From Octopus sinensis (lineage: Eukaryota): a stretch of 42,845 nt of DNA. Under the pieces are notes generated by a model. The model was not told the origin of the DNA. It saw nothing but the letters and a program-made list of their open reading frames with translations, and made no database searches. The DNA lies in assembly GCF_006345805.1 (NCBI RefSeq), contig NW_021835053.1:1-42845 (forward strand), given 5' to 3'. This document shows positions 22,535 through 34,966 of this stretch, in pieces; the stretch's first letter is position 1; every line of letters starts with the position of its first letter. The translations under genes and the position numbers were made by a program.

Positions 22535-23209
22535 TAGTAGGACAAGGAAGGAGAAGGAAGATGGGAGAGGGTCAAGAGAGAGAGAGAAGGCTTGTCCAAA
22601 AGGAAGTGACTAGGGTATGAGGGGGTAGAATGGGGTGGGGTCTGCTTTGTCATGGCTTTTACATTTGGATGCCATTCCTAATGCCAACCATTTCACAGAG
22701 AGGGCAAGGGGCATTTTAAGTGACACCTGCACTGGTAAAGTCTCCTCTCATATCGTTTTTATAGCAGGATGCCATTCCTAATGCCAACCATTATACAGAG
22801 TGGACTGGATGCTTTATACATGGCACCAGACCCAGCAAGGTCACCAAGTAACTTGCAAAACAAAGATCCTTTGAGAGGAGGGGCTGTGGTATTGAAGGAG
22901 GTGGCTTTGTGGTGTGAGGTGATGTGTAGATAAAGTATGACTGAAGGATGGAAACAGGTGTCTTGCTGTAGTGGAGTTTTGCATCCTTGTGTGTTGGACA
23001 GATAATTCAACGAAGGACAGAAGGAAGAAACATGAGGTTAAGCACTCTCTGCCAAACGGCTCACAGTCAACTGCTTGCCAACCAATCAACCGCTGACACT
23101 TGGACAGTTCTCCATTTTATAGCAATGTGCTAATCCACTTTCATTCACTTGGGTGGGGGTGGGAAGCATTGCACGACATGGAGAGACATGGTTACCCGAG
23201 TCAGAGGGA

Positions 23210-23240
<31 letters not shown>

Positions 23241-23489
23241 CGAGACGGTGGTAATGTGCCAGGGTATACTCTTAATGTATGAGGATGGGAATGTAAATGG
23301 GATAGTATTGGATTTCCCAGGGTGCATGAATAGGGGGTTCATGTGAATGCCAGCAGGAGAGGAAGGACAGGATTGCAGGAGAAGAGAGGGAGAGGTAAGC
23401 ATAGTGCATGAGGAAGAGGAGCAGAGATGTAGTTTTGGTCTATTGAGGTAGGGTGTGATGAATGATTTAATGTTAGATAGGGGTGGAAG

Positions 23490-23775
23490 ACACAGCAGTG
23501 GGGTGGGCAGGTCTTCTCGAGAACCTTCTTTTACCAGACATCTCAATCCATTGTCATCTTGAGATTGGCTCTCTCTTCCACAGCTGCCATCCCCTTTAAG
23601 CAATCAACACTTCTATATACAGCTATTTCCATTCATACACATCACATGTCCAAACCAATGCAATCTTGTCTCTTGCATGCAGCAATTCGTTCCGCTTACG
23701 ACCAACTTTTCTCTCAGCACATTTCCACTTTGTCATACATGCACACTGACGTTGCATATCCATCGGAGCATACTG
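23490..23775 (-). mobile_element. RTE-clade LINE 3' fragment, decayed
   Basis: Minus-strand translation SMLRWICNVSVHV*QSGNVLREKL...ETRLHWFGHVMCMNGNSCI*KC..GDGSCGR matches the RTE C-terminal RLRWFGHV motif. Confidence 0.75.
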
Positions 23776-26190
23776 CAACTAACAACTGACGCCGGCAGTT
23801 TGTTCCATGCTTCAGCAACTCTCAGCGTGAAAAAATGTTTCCTAAAGTCATGGGAGCTGTGCTGTTTTCTGACTTTGTAAATATGTCCACGGGTGTTAGA
23901 TGGGTGGAGTTTGAAAAGGTGCTCAGAGTTATTGTTTGTAAGATGGTTGATAATTTTATGGGTGTCTGCCAAGTCAGCTGCCAGACGTCAGAGTTTCAAT
24001 GTGTCCATGCCCAAGGAAGTAAGGCGTTCAGGATATGGCAAATGCCTGATGGAGGGTATTCTTTTGGTTGCACGTCGCTGAACGGCTTCCAGACGATTAA
24101 CATCCTGGGCAAGATAGGGGTTCCAGACCAGTGATGCAAATTCCAGGTGAGGTCTTACCATAGCTATATGAAGCTGCAGATAGATAGTCGGAGAGCGTCT
24201 CACAAAGGATTTGGTGAGTGATGCCAAGACACCCTCAGCCTTCTTGACAATTTTAGCGATGTGTTTTGTCCAACGCAAATCACTGTCGACAATAACACCC
24301 AGGTCACGTTCACATGAAGACTTTTTGAGATTAGTGTTGTGGAGGGAGTAGGTGGACGCTGGGTTTCTCCTCCTAAAATGCATGGTGGTACATTTGTCCA
24401 CAGCCAGCTTGAGTTGCCAGTCCATGATCCACTGCTGCATTGTGTCCAGGTCTGCTTGCAATAGAGGTCTATAGTGTACAGGATCTGACCTCTTTATTTC
24501 AAGGTACAGCTTGATGTCATCTGCATATTTCAGCACTGTGGCATTCTTTAAGTTGGCATCTATGTCATTAACATATGTAACAAATAAAAGGGGGCCAAGA
24601 ACAGATCCCTGTGGTACACCAGATGTCATCTCATAGGGTGAAGAGTGCTGTCCTAGAACTGTGACAACCTCTTTTCGGCTGAAAATAAAGGACTTCAACC
24701 AGTTATAGAGTTTGTCTCTTATGCCCAATGCAGAGAGCTTCACCATAAGTCTTTTGTGTGGCACAGAGTTAAAAGCCTTAGCAAAGTCCTGGTAAACAAC
24801 ATCCACCAAGGATCCACGATCAGAGATTTGGGTAACATCCTCAAGAAACTCGATGAGTTGATTACAGCAGCTGAGTTAGGAATAAATCCAAATTGTGACG
24901 GCTGGATGAGGCTGTGAGACTTCCAGAAGTTCCAGAGGGTTTCTCTGATACAGGATTCCATCAGTTATGTGATGTAGCTAGTAAGACTAACGGGGCGATA
25001 GTTGACAGGCGATGAGCGGTCGCCTTTTTTGAACAGAGGGATAACACTGGCAGTTTTCCACTGTTCTGGAGTAACACCATTATCAGGACAGAATTGGAAG
25101 AATAGAGAAAGTTGGCTTAGAAGAAAGTACCCACCGCGTTTGAGAAGTAGGTATGTAACACCATCGAGACCAGGAGAGGCATAGTTGCGTTTATTCTTAA
25201 GGTGGCGTTGTAGCATTGCTGGTGTAAATTGCATAGTAGATATAGAGTCCGATGTCAGTGTTGATGAAGATGGAACATTTTGGTCTTCGACAGTAAAGAT
25301 GCCGGCATAGCATCCAGCAATTATTTCTGCACATTCTTCGGGATTGCCAGTAATCTGTCCTGTGTGGGGATTGCGAAGGGGACCAACTGGAGAGTGGGGA
25401 GTGCACATACTTCCAGAACACTTTGCTGTCAGGATTAGTTGCAATGCGTTGTTCAAATTCAAGCACTGCCTGTTTTGTCACCTGCTTGAGGTGGTTGGCT
25501 GACCTATTGCACTTTTTCCTGTTGATCTCTGATTTGTGCAATTTGTATTCCTGTTCAGCATTACGGCGTTCTTTCCTGGCAAGTCAGACTGCTGCAGTCT
25601 CCCAAATTGCACTATTTGGTGGTTTTTTGTGCTTGCATGGTACTGATGCTGCACATGCTGCCCATATTGAATTCTGTATAGTGTTCTGGAGTATAGTGTT
25701 CACATCTCCAGAGGCATAAAATTCGAGCCAGTTTGGGCGTTGCAGCTCAGTACAATAAGAGCTCCAGTCTGCTTTATTCCAGTCAATGCGGGCAGTCTGA
25801 AGATGGTTGTGGTTTTTGTTACAACCAATCAGAGACAAATCGGCCATGATCATGGAATGATCAGAGTAACCTAAAGGTTCTTCAGTAGTGACACTAATGA
25901 TTGTTTCAGGAGAAGCGATAAATAGCAGATCCAAAGTGTTGTTGCCCCTTGTCGGGGAGGTAACGACTTGGGACCAATTTGAATTCAGCACCAGTTCAAG
26001 GAAGTCGTCTGCACTTTGCGGCCTACACCAGGCCTCCCAGTCAATCTCAGGGAAATTGAAGTCGCCCGCAATATAAACATACGTGGCTGTTTTCATGGCA
26101 GCAGCTCTGAGGATATCAAAAAGCTGTGCGTCTTGACGATAATTTGGGGGGGGGTAAACGACTCCAAGCAGAAGTGTTGACATGGTCATG
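23776..26190 (-). mobile_element. Decayed CR1-type LINE (APE plus RT) with frameshifts, 5'-truncated, 3' tail missing
   Basis: ORF pieces contain VYPPP, IAGDFNFP, TLDLLF, SDH (25584-26189), PGLDG, NYRPVSLTS, DFAKAFNSV, GVPQGSVLGP, KYADD, NTRGH and WNKLP. Confidence 0.92.
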
Positions 26191-26769
26191 TGTATATTGC
26201 AGAAAAATACTTCTACATGAATATAATTTTAACACAATTTCAGTGATTTAAAATTTTTGGTTAATGAGTTTTGTGAAGAAAATAAAAATAAAAAAAATAA
26301 TATAACACTAAAAATAAGAATGTTTTTTCTTTAATACAAGGAAATTTTTTAATCAGAAATATTGACATGAATTGATAAAAGAATTGCAATAAAAAGCAAA
26401 AAAATATTAAGAAAACCCCAAAAAGTGTGTGCGCGCACACACACACACTATTTCATGAACAATTTCAGAAAATTATTTAGCAAATTTTAACTTCAACAAA
26501 AATATTTTTTGTTTCTTTTTTTCTTCTTGTCCTTTATTTTTACAGATTCAATACAAAAGAATATTCTAGCATTCTGCACCTGCACTTTTCATTCCAGTAC
26601 ACACACACACACGCATATGTATATAAGAAAAATGTGTGTGTGTTTATATAATTTTCTTGGCATTCCCCGGTGGTGGTCAATGACAGACACAGAGAAACAA
26701 GCAGTGTCCTTTGTTTCCAATCTTCTACAGAAACACGTTTGTTATTTGAGGAATATTATCTTGCTTGGA

Positions 26770-26892
26770 AACTGGTGAAGGTTGGTGACAGGTGAGGCAC
26801 CCAGCCATTGAAAATGCTGCTTCAATGGATTCCATCAGATCTATGCAAGCAAAGGAAAAGGGGATGCAAAAATGATGATGATGATGATGATG
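26770..26892 (+). mobile_element. SINE 3' remnant with (GAT)n tail
   Basis: GGTTGGTGACAGGTGAGGCACCCAGCC...ATGCAAGC...AAA(TGA)n is a decayed version of the 21445-21612 family. Confidence 0.55.
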
Positions 26893-27319
26893 GGTAATGG
26901 TTTTATTGCTTTTTCAGTAAGTTTTCACAAATTTTATTTTTGAAACTTTAAATCCAAAAAAGAAAATTTTATATAAATATGATTAAAAAATAAATAAATA
27001 CCTTTCTCCGCCATGATTTCAACATGTATTTTTGCTCTGCAAAATGAAAAGAAAATAATTAGGAAAAAACATTGTTAAGGCATTGAATACATCATTTGTA
27101 CTCAAAGTAGGTTTTCTTTCCCTCTCACTCCCTCTCTCTCATATTCTTTCTCCTTCTCACAGTTAAGGGAGAGACGAAAATCCTTCCCCTAGTTATTTCA
27201 AACAACATCCTAACACCTCCAATATCCACCTGCATCCAATTCTTCAAGTGGTTCATGCACATCCGTGCAAGTGAAGAATACTGCTTACGACTTGCCTCCA
27301 ACCATAATGTCTACAGAAT

Positions 27320-27762
27320 GACTTGTGGATTCGGATTACTTTGTCAAATGTAATGCCTGTCTATTCACATTGTTTTGAATTGATGCCATTATCACATGGC
27401 TTTACCCTTTCGTTACCATATTTATTTTGAGATGCTCTGTATTTCTTTTAATCATTTTAAATATAACAAAGAATTTAGTTAAATAACTTTGTTTTTATTG
27501 AGCTATTGTTAGGAACATAAATTGTGAATAAAGTTTGGCGGAAGATTTTAATTCTAAACTTATGAAAACAAGACATTTGTACTACAGAGCAAGAGCCGGT
27601 TTCAACCAGGTTGATACTGAAAGGGTTTTAAACATTTTGATAACGTGATTATTTTTTAGCATGACATTGTAGGTGTTACAAAGGCTGGATCTTTCCAGTT
27701 TAAATATAAAACAAGTTATATGTTAGGGCCAGATTTGGCCAGTCTAAATGCTAAAGGGTTAA
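27320..27762. mobile_element. Two nested piggyBac-type MITEs (inner about 27405-27625)
   Basis: The inner element begins CCCTTTCGTTACC (the same TIR as at 21425-21436) and ends GAAAGGG. The outer element ends ATGCTAAAGGG|TTAA (27759-27762), and its degenerate left part lies at about 27320-27400. Confidence 0.6.
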
Positions 27763-28699
27763 TTGACAACATTATGCAAGGTAATAAGGTTTATGTGTGT
27801 TTGTGAGAATGTACAAAAGATATTTTCACATTTAACAAAGTCAGCTGAATAACGTGTTAGCCAAACGTGTGATAGAAAATGAATGCACAAATGCCTGTGT
27901 TTATAAAATCAAAATGTTTACCAGTTGACAATGGTTGACAGCAAGCAAAAACACTGTCCAGTTTTTAAGCTGGTAGGAGTTATTGTCATGGAAGGTGCAA
28001 ACAAGGGGCTCTGCATAATATCACATAAAATGCAACTGAGTCTGGCCTTCCTAGTGTGAGCCATCTGTATGAGTTGGGAGGAAGATGTGCAAAAGTTCAC
28101 TAGCTTTTTCCCAGGGTCTGTTTTCTGCCAACAACACATTGGTCTTTAACCACATAATACAGCAATTGTGATTGGTCAATTACTTCGTTGGGGTTGTGGT
28201 ACTCCTGTCACAATGCCAGTCACCGTGACTCCTGCTCAAATGTGGAAAGCAAGAAAACAAAATCTGCTGCTTTTTTCGTTTTGTTTTTTAACAGATTAAC
28301 GTGCAACTTTTGGATTACAACTGGCCAATCAACAAGGCTCAGCAAATTCTCAACAAGTTATTCTTTGATGCCTTACCAATGCTTTACATAAAGAATCTTG
28401 AGGAGTAAGTTGACTTTGCTTGAGGTTGTTTTACCAATCTTGGTTCATATAACATGAATAGACATTCTCTCTCACTGCTTTGATCGACCAACTTAGAACA
28501 CATGAGCACACACACCCTCCTTCCCCACTCTCTCTCTCTCTCTCTTTTAATGAATCTCTGAAAGACAACATATTATTAAAGAACTTAATTTTTTTACTGT
28601 GCATACTCTTGATAAACCTCATTCAGATGTTTTACATATTTTGTAAAAACAACTATCTTACAACTTATGGAAAAATAGGTGTTCTTTCTGTTGTACAAT

Positions 28700-28830
28700 G
28701 CCCTGTAATCTCCAGGGATACAGGCATCCAGCAACAGGACCTCCGTAATGCTATGATGGACTGTGAAGTCTGGCGTAACATAGTAAATTCCATTGTCTCG
28801 ACCACGGTTGAACAATGATGATGATGACAA
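28700..28830 (+). mobile_element. RTE/RTEX-type LINE extreme 3' end with (GAT)n tail
   Basis: ISRDTGIQQQDLRNAMMDCEVWRNIVNSIVSTTVEQ* is immediately followed by TGATGATGATGA. Confidence 0.65.
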
Positions 28831-28899
28831 TGCCAAAAGTTCTGGTTTCCAGTTACAATAAAATCTTCCGGTGGACAGGAGGTGCATCTAGGGATGAAG

Positions 28900-29440
28900 A
28901 CTAAACTAACAGACGCTAAAGACACAGATGTGACTAAATTGCTAAAATGTGGACAAGCGGCACAAGGGGGGGAGGACGAAACTGAGCCTGAGATGTGAAA
29001 GGACTTAAATGGAGAAGGTATTCTCTGGCTGTCTCATGTATTCCAAATGGCTTGGAACTCTGGAAAGACACCAAAGCAATGGCAGGTCAGAGTGGTAATC
29101 ATCATTTTCAAAAAGGGACAAGAAAGAAAGGAAGAGAGAGAGAGAGCTCTGATTGTCGAGGAAACTCTTTGTTGAGCCTCCTTGATGTCTGGAAAAGAGA
29201 TGTGAGGAAGAACATCAGTGTGGTTTCCATCCTAGCCGTGGCACAACCAACCAGATATTCTCTCCACAGCAGGTCTTTGAGAAATTGTGAGAATTTGCCA
29301 GAAAGTATAATGGAATTGCTTTGTAGACTTGACAAAGACATATGTCCAAGTGAAGCATTATAGAAGTGACAGTGAGGAGGGCTTTGTAGGAATCTGAGAT
29401 TAAAGGGCAGCTTTTGGCTACCGTGACACCCTTTCTACAG
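28900..29440 (+). mobile_element. RTE-clade reverse transcriptase fragment, decayed
   Basis: Frame-shifted translation gives GEDETEPEM*KDLNGEGILWLSHVFQMAWNSGKTPKQWQVRVVIIIFK..RGNSLLSL..QCGFHPSRGTTNQIFS..CFVDLTKTY, which are RT domains 0-3 of RTE/Expander type. Confidence 0.75.
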
Positions 29441-30563
29441 CAGGTTTTCTTTTCAGGTTTCTGTTGATGCTAGTCTTATTAAAATAGGTGGGTCACATAC
29501 ATACTGACACACTTCACAGAGATTCACAAAATGAAACTTGAAATTTGGAAAAACATTGTGATGTGCCTCGAATGAGATGCATTTAATGCATTTTTGAGTT
29601 TGAGATAAAAGAAATTTTTGTCACAAATGCTTACTTACCCTACAAAAAACTACTTCAGTTCTTCAGAAAACAGACGCATACAGATATCCATCTGAAAACG
29701 TCAGAAACATTCAGACATGCCAAAAGAATAACATTTAAAAATCTAAATGAAATGAAAGAGGATCAGGGAAAAAATGGCACAGGATATGAAATTAATGAAA
29801 TTCAACTAAATATAAGAAAACCCAACATAAAATATTCTTCTTCTTCTTCTTCACGATCTGCTGGAATGTTCCCTTCGTGATACATTTACCCACCATGCAG
29901 TTAAAGAGAAGAAATTACTGAAATTAGTCATTACTCGTTGTAACTTTTGGGAAACTTGAAGATTATCAAATTAGACATTAGTATGAGGAAAAATCAACTT
30001 GGAATCCAGCAGAGAAATCAATATTGATTGTTTAGCATGAAAAATTATCCAGATATTTTATTAGCAACCTCAATTACAATTGGGTCAAAGCTGAAGAGAA
30101 ATTTCTTGACAAAAAAAAAGGGGACCTGTCCCTTGACTATGCTTTGTACTTCCACAACTTCAACAGCAACAACCAGTTTTTATCCCTAAGTATAATGTAG
30201 CAATGCAAAATGGCGATGCAATGCTTACGAAGTAAGGGATTTCATATAGGGAGGAAGAAATCAGAAGTTACTCATTTTGCCCCGTTTACTAATTTTGCAC
30301 CATACCCCCATTAATATGTGTGTACCCACCATGTATTTTTATGGCAGACCTGGTGCACAGTTACCAACCTTTCCAATTATTTTATTTGCACTGGATTCCT
30401 GTTTTCGATGATGGAGATTCCAAACATACAAACAACCACACTTTTTTAAAGTAAAGATAAACACTACACCTGTTAAAAGCATAAAATTTGGCAAAGGTAA
30501 AGAATGTGTACACCACCCATTTATGGTGTGTTTGTCAAAAACTCTTTTGAATATCTGTGTTTG

Positions 30564-31154
30564 ATATAGGAGAATATGGTTTTGTCAAAAAATCCAGTTT
30601 TCAAAATTTTGATTTTCCCCCACCCGTGCCCCAATTTCTTAATTTTAAACTCTTTTTAGAATTTAAAAAAATTCATTGTGTGTTTTTCTTTAAGAAACAC
30701 AGAATGCCCGTTCCTCCCCTCACACCCACCCATCATCTCCCTGCTTTCAAAAAACTAAAAACTCAGAATGTTTCACTTTCGTCTGATGTTTCACAAATGC
30801 ATAGAATTCTACTGAAATAGCAGATGTCAAAAATATCAGACCACCACCAGAAATCCCAACGTGCTAGAAACAACAGCTAAACGACATTATTTCAAGAAAA
30901 ACTTCGATGCTTTAAAAAATACTAACGGTAAAACATTCGGAGGTGATGGGTGTAGGTTGGGGGAAGGAATTTGAGTTTCTTTAAGAAAAACTGAAAAACA
31001 AAAATTAGTAAAGATATGTAATCTCTATTTTTCTATGTGGATTTTTAAAAAATAATTTTGAAAAAAATAAAATATTCAAAATTGGGGTGGGGAGAGTAAA
31101 AGTTATTAACATTCTGAAAACATATTTTTGAGACAAAATCCTAATCTCCTATAT
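30564..31154. repeat. Imperfect long inverted repeat (about 200-bp arms), probable foldback/MITE remnant
   Basis: The left end ATATAGGAGAATATGGTTTTGTCAAAAAATCCAGTTTTCAAAA matches the reverse complement of the right end, ATATAGGAGATTAGGATTTTGTCTCAAAAATATGTTTTCAGAA. The inner ends CACCCATCATCTCC and GGAGGTGATGGGTG also pair. Confidence 0.65.
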
Positions 31155-31578
31155 GGAAGACAGGGACCCAAAGAAATTCTGGTAAAAAATAATGAGGGGA
31201 AAATAAAGTTTCTAAATACACTCATCACAAATTCAAATTGTTACAAAAAAAAAGGAAATTTCAATTAAAGTTGAGCTGTAATTTTTTAAGTCATACTGAA
31301 ATTTTACAAAATTCCATTTATTAAATCTACAAAAATTTATTTATTTGAGCAGTTCAATAAATAAATTTTTCCTAAAGATTATTTCCAAATTCATTATATA
31401 AAGAACTTTATTTGTAGCTATTCCGAAAGACCGTCTTCTCCTTTTTCAAGAGTCGAATGTCTAAGTGAAAATGAGTGGAGCCCTTTCTATGACAAACATT
31501 AAGCAGACGCAATGTTACAAGGAAAAAATTGATTTCAATTGGAGTTGAACTGCTTTTTTCTCCCTTTCAACATCAAAT

Positions 31579-34500
31579 TTACACATCTATGTCAATTTTA
31601 ATCCTTTCTACTGTAAGCACAAGGTCTGAAAATTTGGGGAGAGGATGAGTTGAGTACATTCTCCATCTTTTACGAAACACACTTTGTGACAGGCATTTCT
31701 TCTCCAGCCTTATTTTCCGTTTCATGTGGAAAACGAAAAAGTTGATTAGCTCGAGACTGGAGATGAACATGCCTGTTGCAATTCCTTTCACTCTCGTCTT
31801 CCATACTACCTCTTTCACCACAGCAACTACCGAGAGAAAACAGGCTCGCTCCTCCCTGTTCAGGGAGGTCAGCGGAACAACCTTAATTACAGATTCACTT
31901 GACAGTTGTACTCTTCTTGAATGTGACTGCAGGTGTTCGACATAAGCCCAGAGTTCAGTCACCTTGGGGCATTGCGCAATCGCATGTAGGACAGTTTCAC
32001 TGTCCCACTCACATCTTGCACAAGCCGGCGAAGGTGCACACCCATGTCTAAAGAGCTTATCTCAAACAGGTAAAGCTCCTCTGTAACATTGCCAGGCCAG
32101 GGACTTTTGGTAATTATCCATAGGCCACGGACCAAATGTTCTTTGGAACAGGCTGGCCAGTTGATCTGCGTCGAAGCCTAGGGTTTCTCCCAGGACGTCG
32201 TCACACTTAAACTCTACTAACCCTCTATAGAAGAATGAGGTAGTACCCCCGCCACCGGCGTAGCCCGACTGGGAGAGAAGCACAAGTGCCTGATGGCACT
32301 CTGCATGCCACACGCCCAACCTCGGTCTACACCTGATCCTTGGGCTCAGTTTGGTAAATGATGCGAACTGTGGAAATAACAACTTGATGAACGGAGACCA
32401 CACCAGCTCACCGTCCAGGTAAAACCAGAGGTGCCTAAGCATGAGCGCATGTCTGCACATTTTTAGCCACGGCATCCCTAACCCACCCCTCAGCGGCTTT
32501 TGGCAGCAGATAGAGTGCCTTACAAGAAGTCTGCTGCCCCTCCACAAAAAGCGAAAGAGCATGCATTGCAGCTTGTTCAGCCATGAATCGGGGCAAGGCA
32601 CGATGGTCAGGCGATAAACACCTCTGCAACCTCCGCCCTCCCTTTCAAGGACAGCTTCCGCTCAGACCAGGTCTGAGTTAGGAGAACCACCTTTCTCGCC
32701 ACCTCGCTCCAATTCTTCTCTATCTGGAGATCTGGACCTAACCAAATTCCAAGCATTTTCACCGGCCCTTCCATCCAACGTCCTATGAGTTGTAAGCCAA
32801 CCGATTTATCCTGGTTGACTTTCGCTCCTGCCACCGCTTCATAATCTCTTAAGGCCTCACCCACTAACTGTAGGTACTCGACCCGGGACATGATGACGGT
32901 TATGTCGTCCGCATACGCCGAAGCTGACTTTCCACACTCTAGATCTTGCGGAGCACTCCTCATAGTTTCCAACCTCCCCAGCAATGGCTCAAGGGCCAAA
33001 ACGTAGAGAAGCAGGGAGAGAGGGCACCCTTGACGTACTGAACGTTCAAAACGGAATGGCTCCGAAAAGAAACCATTCACCCGAACTACCGATTCACTGT
33101 TGCTGTATAAAGCATTGATCTATCTGCAGAAGCTCGGGCCGAAGCCAGCCGCCGCCAGATACTGATGGTCTACCCTATCGTACGCTTTCAATTGGTCCAA
33201 GTGGACCATAGCCCCACCCTTGCCAGGAATCCCTTTTACCCTTCTAAGGCATAGCGTAGAAAGTGGAGATTGTCGTGGATGGTCCTTCCAGGGATGGCGC
33301 AAGTTTGCGCCTCACCAACAAGTTCACCCACGACCTGCGCCAACCTTTTTGCTAAGACCTTGGCCAAAATCTTCAACTCTGTGTCAAGCAGAGTGATAGG
33401 CCGAAAATTATCAATTAAATCTCCATTGTTTGGGTCCTTTCTTAACAGCGCTACCACCCCTCGGCTCACAGACTTGGGAATTCTCCCGTTCTGCTGCCAG
33501 TTGGTGTACACGCATGCAAGTAGGTGCCCAAACAAGTCTGGCATGCTACTATAGGGTTTGTAAGGCAGACCATCGAGTCCCGGCAATTTGTCCCTGCCGC
33601 AGTCTGCCAACACATCCTCGACTTCCTTGGCTGTGATCGGCGCCTCACAAGATTCCGCGTCCGGCTTCGATAGACATGGCGAACCGGCCAGGAAGTCTGC
33701 GAGCTTCTCTCGACGCTCCAGTCTGCCACTCCTCCCGAATAGCTGGGTGAAATGATCGAGAAACACCTTGCACATCTCCGTTTACTGATTGAGCATTTGG
33801 GTCTGTCAAAGATCGAATGGTTGAGTTGTTGCCATGCTGGCCCTCTACCACCCGGGCCCAACCAGTTGCGTTGATCCCTTCCTGTCTCATTGCACGGATC
33901 TTAGCCCTGACAATGCACCCTTCGTGTTTAGCTTTGAGATGTTGGTCGAGTGCCAACCTCGCCGCTAACACTTTCGATGCACTGCCTGACCTCATTGCCT
34001 CATCTACTGCCTTAACTAGTTCCTTTTCTAATTTGTTTCTAGAACTATCTAATTCTTTGCTAAACCTAATCGACTCAAATTTGATGGCTCTTTTTTGTTG
34101 TTGATAATGGATCCAGTTAACGCCCTCATTACTAACTGTCTAATCCGCTTCCTGTAGGCTTTACAGTTCAATAGTGACTTGTTTAGTTTCCAGTAACCGG
34201 TACCTTGTCTACACATACTATATAGGTCGAGTGTACACGTCACTAATTTGTGATCGCTGTAGCTGACAATATGGTGTTGTGGACCACTGAGTATTTTCTT
34301 ATCTTTCCTTCTAGTAATGATTCTATCTATGTAAGATCTGGATGACCCGTCGTTTCTTGCCCAGGTCCACGCTGGAGTGTCTGGGTGGTCCAGTCTGAAT
34401 CGATCTGCCAACTCGAAACGACTTAGCAGATCGTTCAGGTGAGGTAATCCCCTCCTATTCTTTCTCAAGTGAACATAATCTACACATGCATCGCAAATTG

Positions 34501-34935
34501 TGTTGAAGTCACTTAGCAATACTAACATGTTTGACGTGCTGAGAAAATTCTCTAGGCTTTTAAAGTTATCTTTCTGCCCGGCTTTTCCTTTGCAGGGAGC
34601 ATAGACAGCGACCAGCCTGAACACTTTACCACTGCTGTGCGTCACATCCGAAACGACCAGCCTGCCTTCTGGATCTATAAAGACAGTTCTAATCACTAAA
34701 TCCAGGTTTTTCTGTGACCAGCGCTGCCACTCTTCCGCCCCACTCCCGGTCGACAGGGAGAAATGTATTTCTTCTCGTAGCCGTTTAGAAGGGGCAAAAA
34801 AGCCTGCAGCCCACTCAGTCTGGATTCGGTAATTACAATTACATCCAAACAATGCGATCCAAGGTCATTAAGGTGGTAGCCTTGCTTCCAATACGACCCC
34901 AGGCCGTGAATATTTAAACAACCGATTTAAAACGA
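31579..34935 (-). pseudogene. Tx1/L1 ORF2 (APE-RT-zinc finger), frameshifted
   Basis: Split across ORF-track pieces 34049-34852, 33645-33995, 33236-33775, 33120-33302, 32607-33080, 32062-32601 and 31579-31962. Confidence 0.88.
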
Positions 34936-34966
34936 GAATGTGAAAAATAAGTTGTATGTTTAAAAC

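Noticed and set aside
29639-29691. Possible 53-bp minus-strand exon (TTTTCAG|ATG...TAGG|GTAAGTAAG)
   Set aside because: The splice sites look good, but all three frames contain stops. It could only be a UTR exon, which cannot be supported without RNA data.
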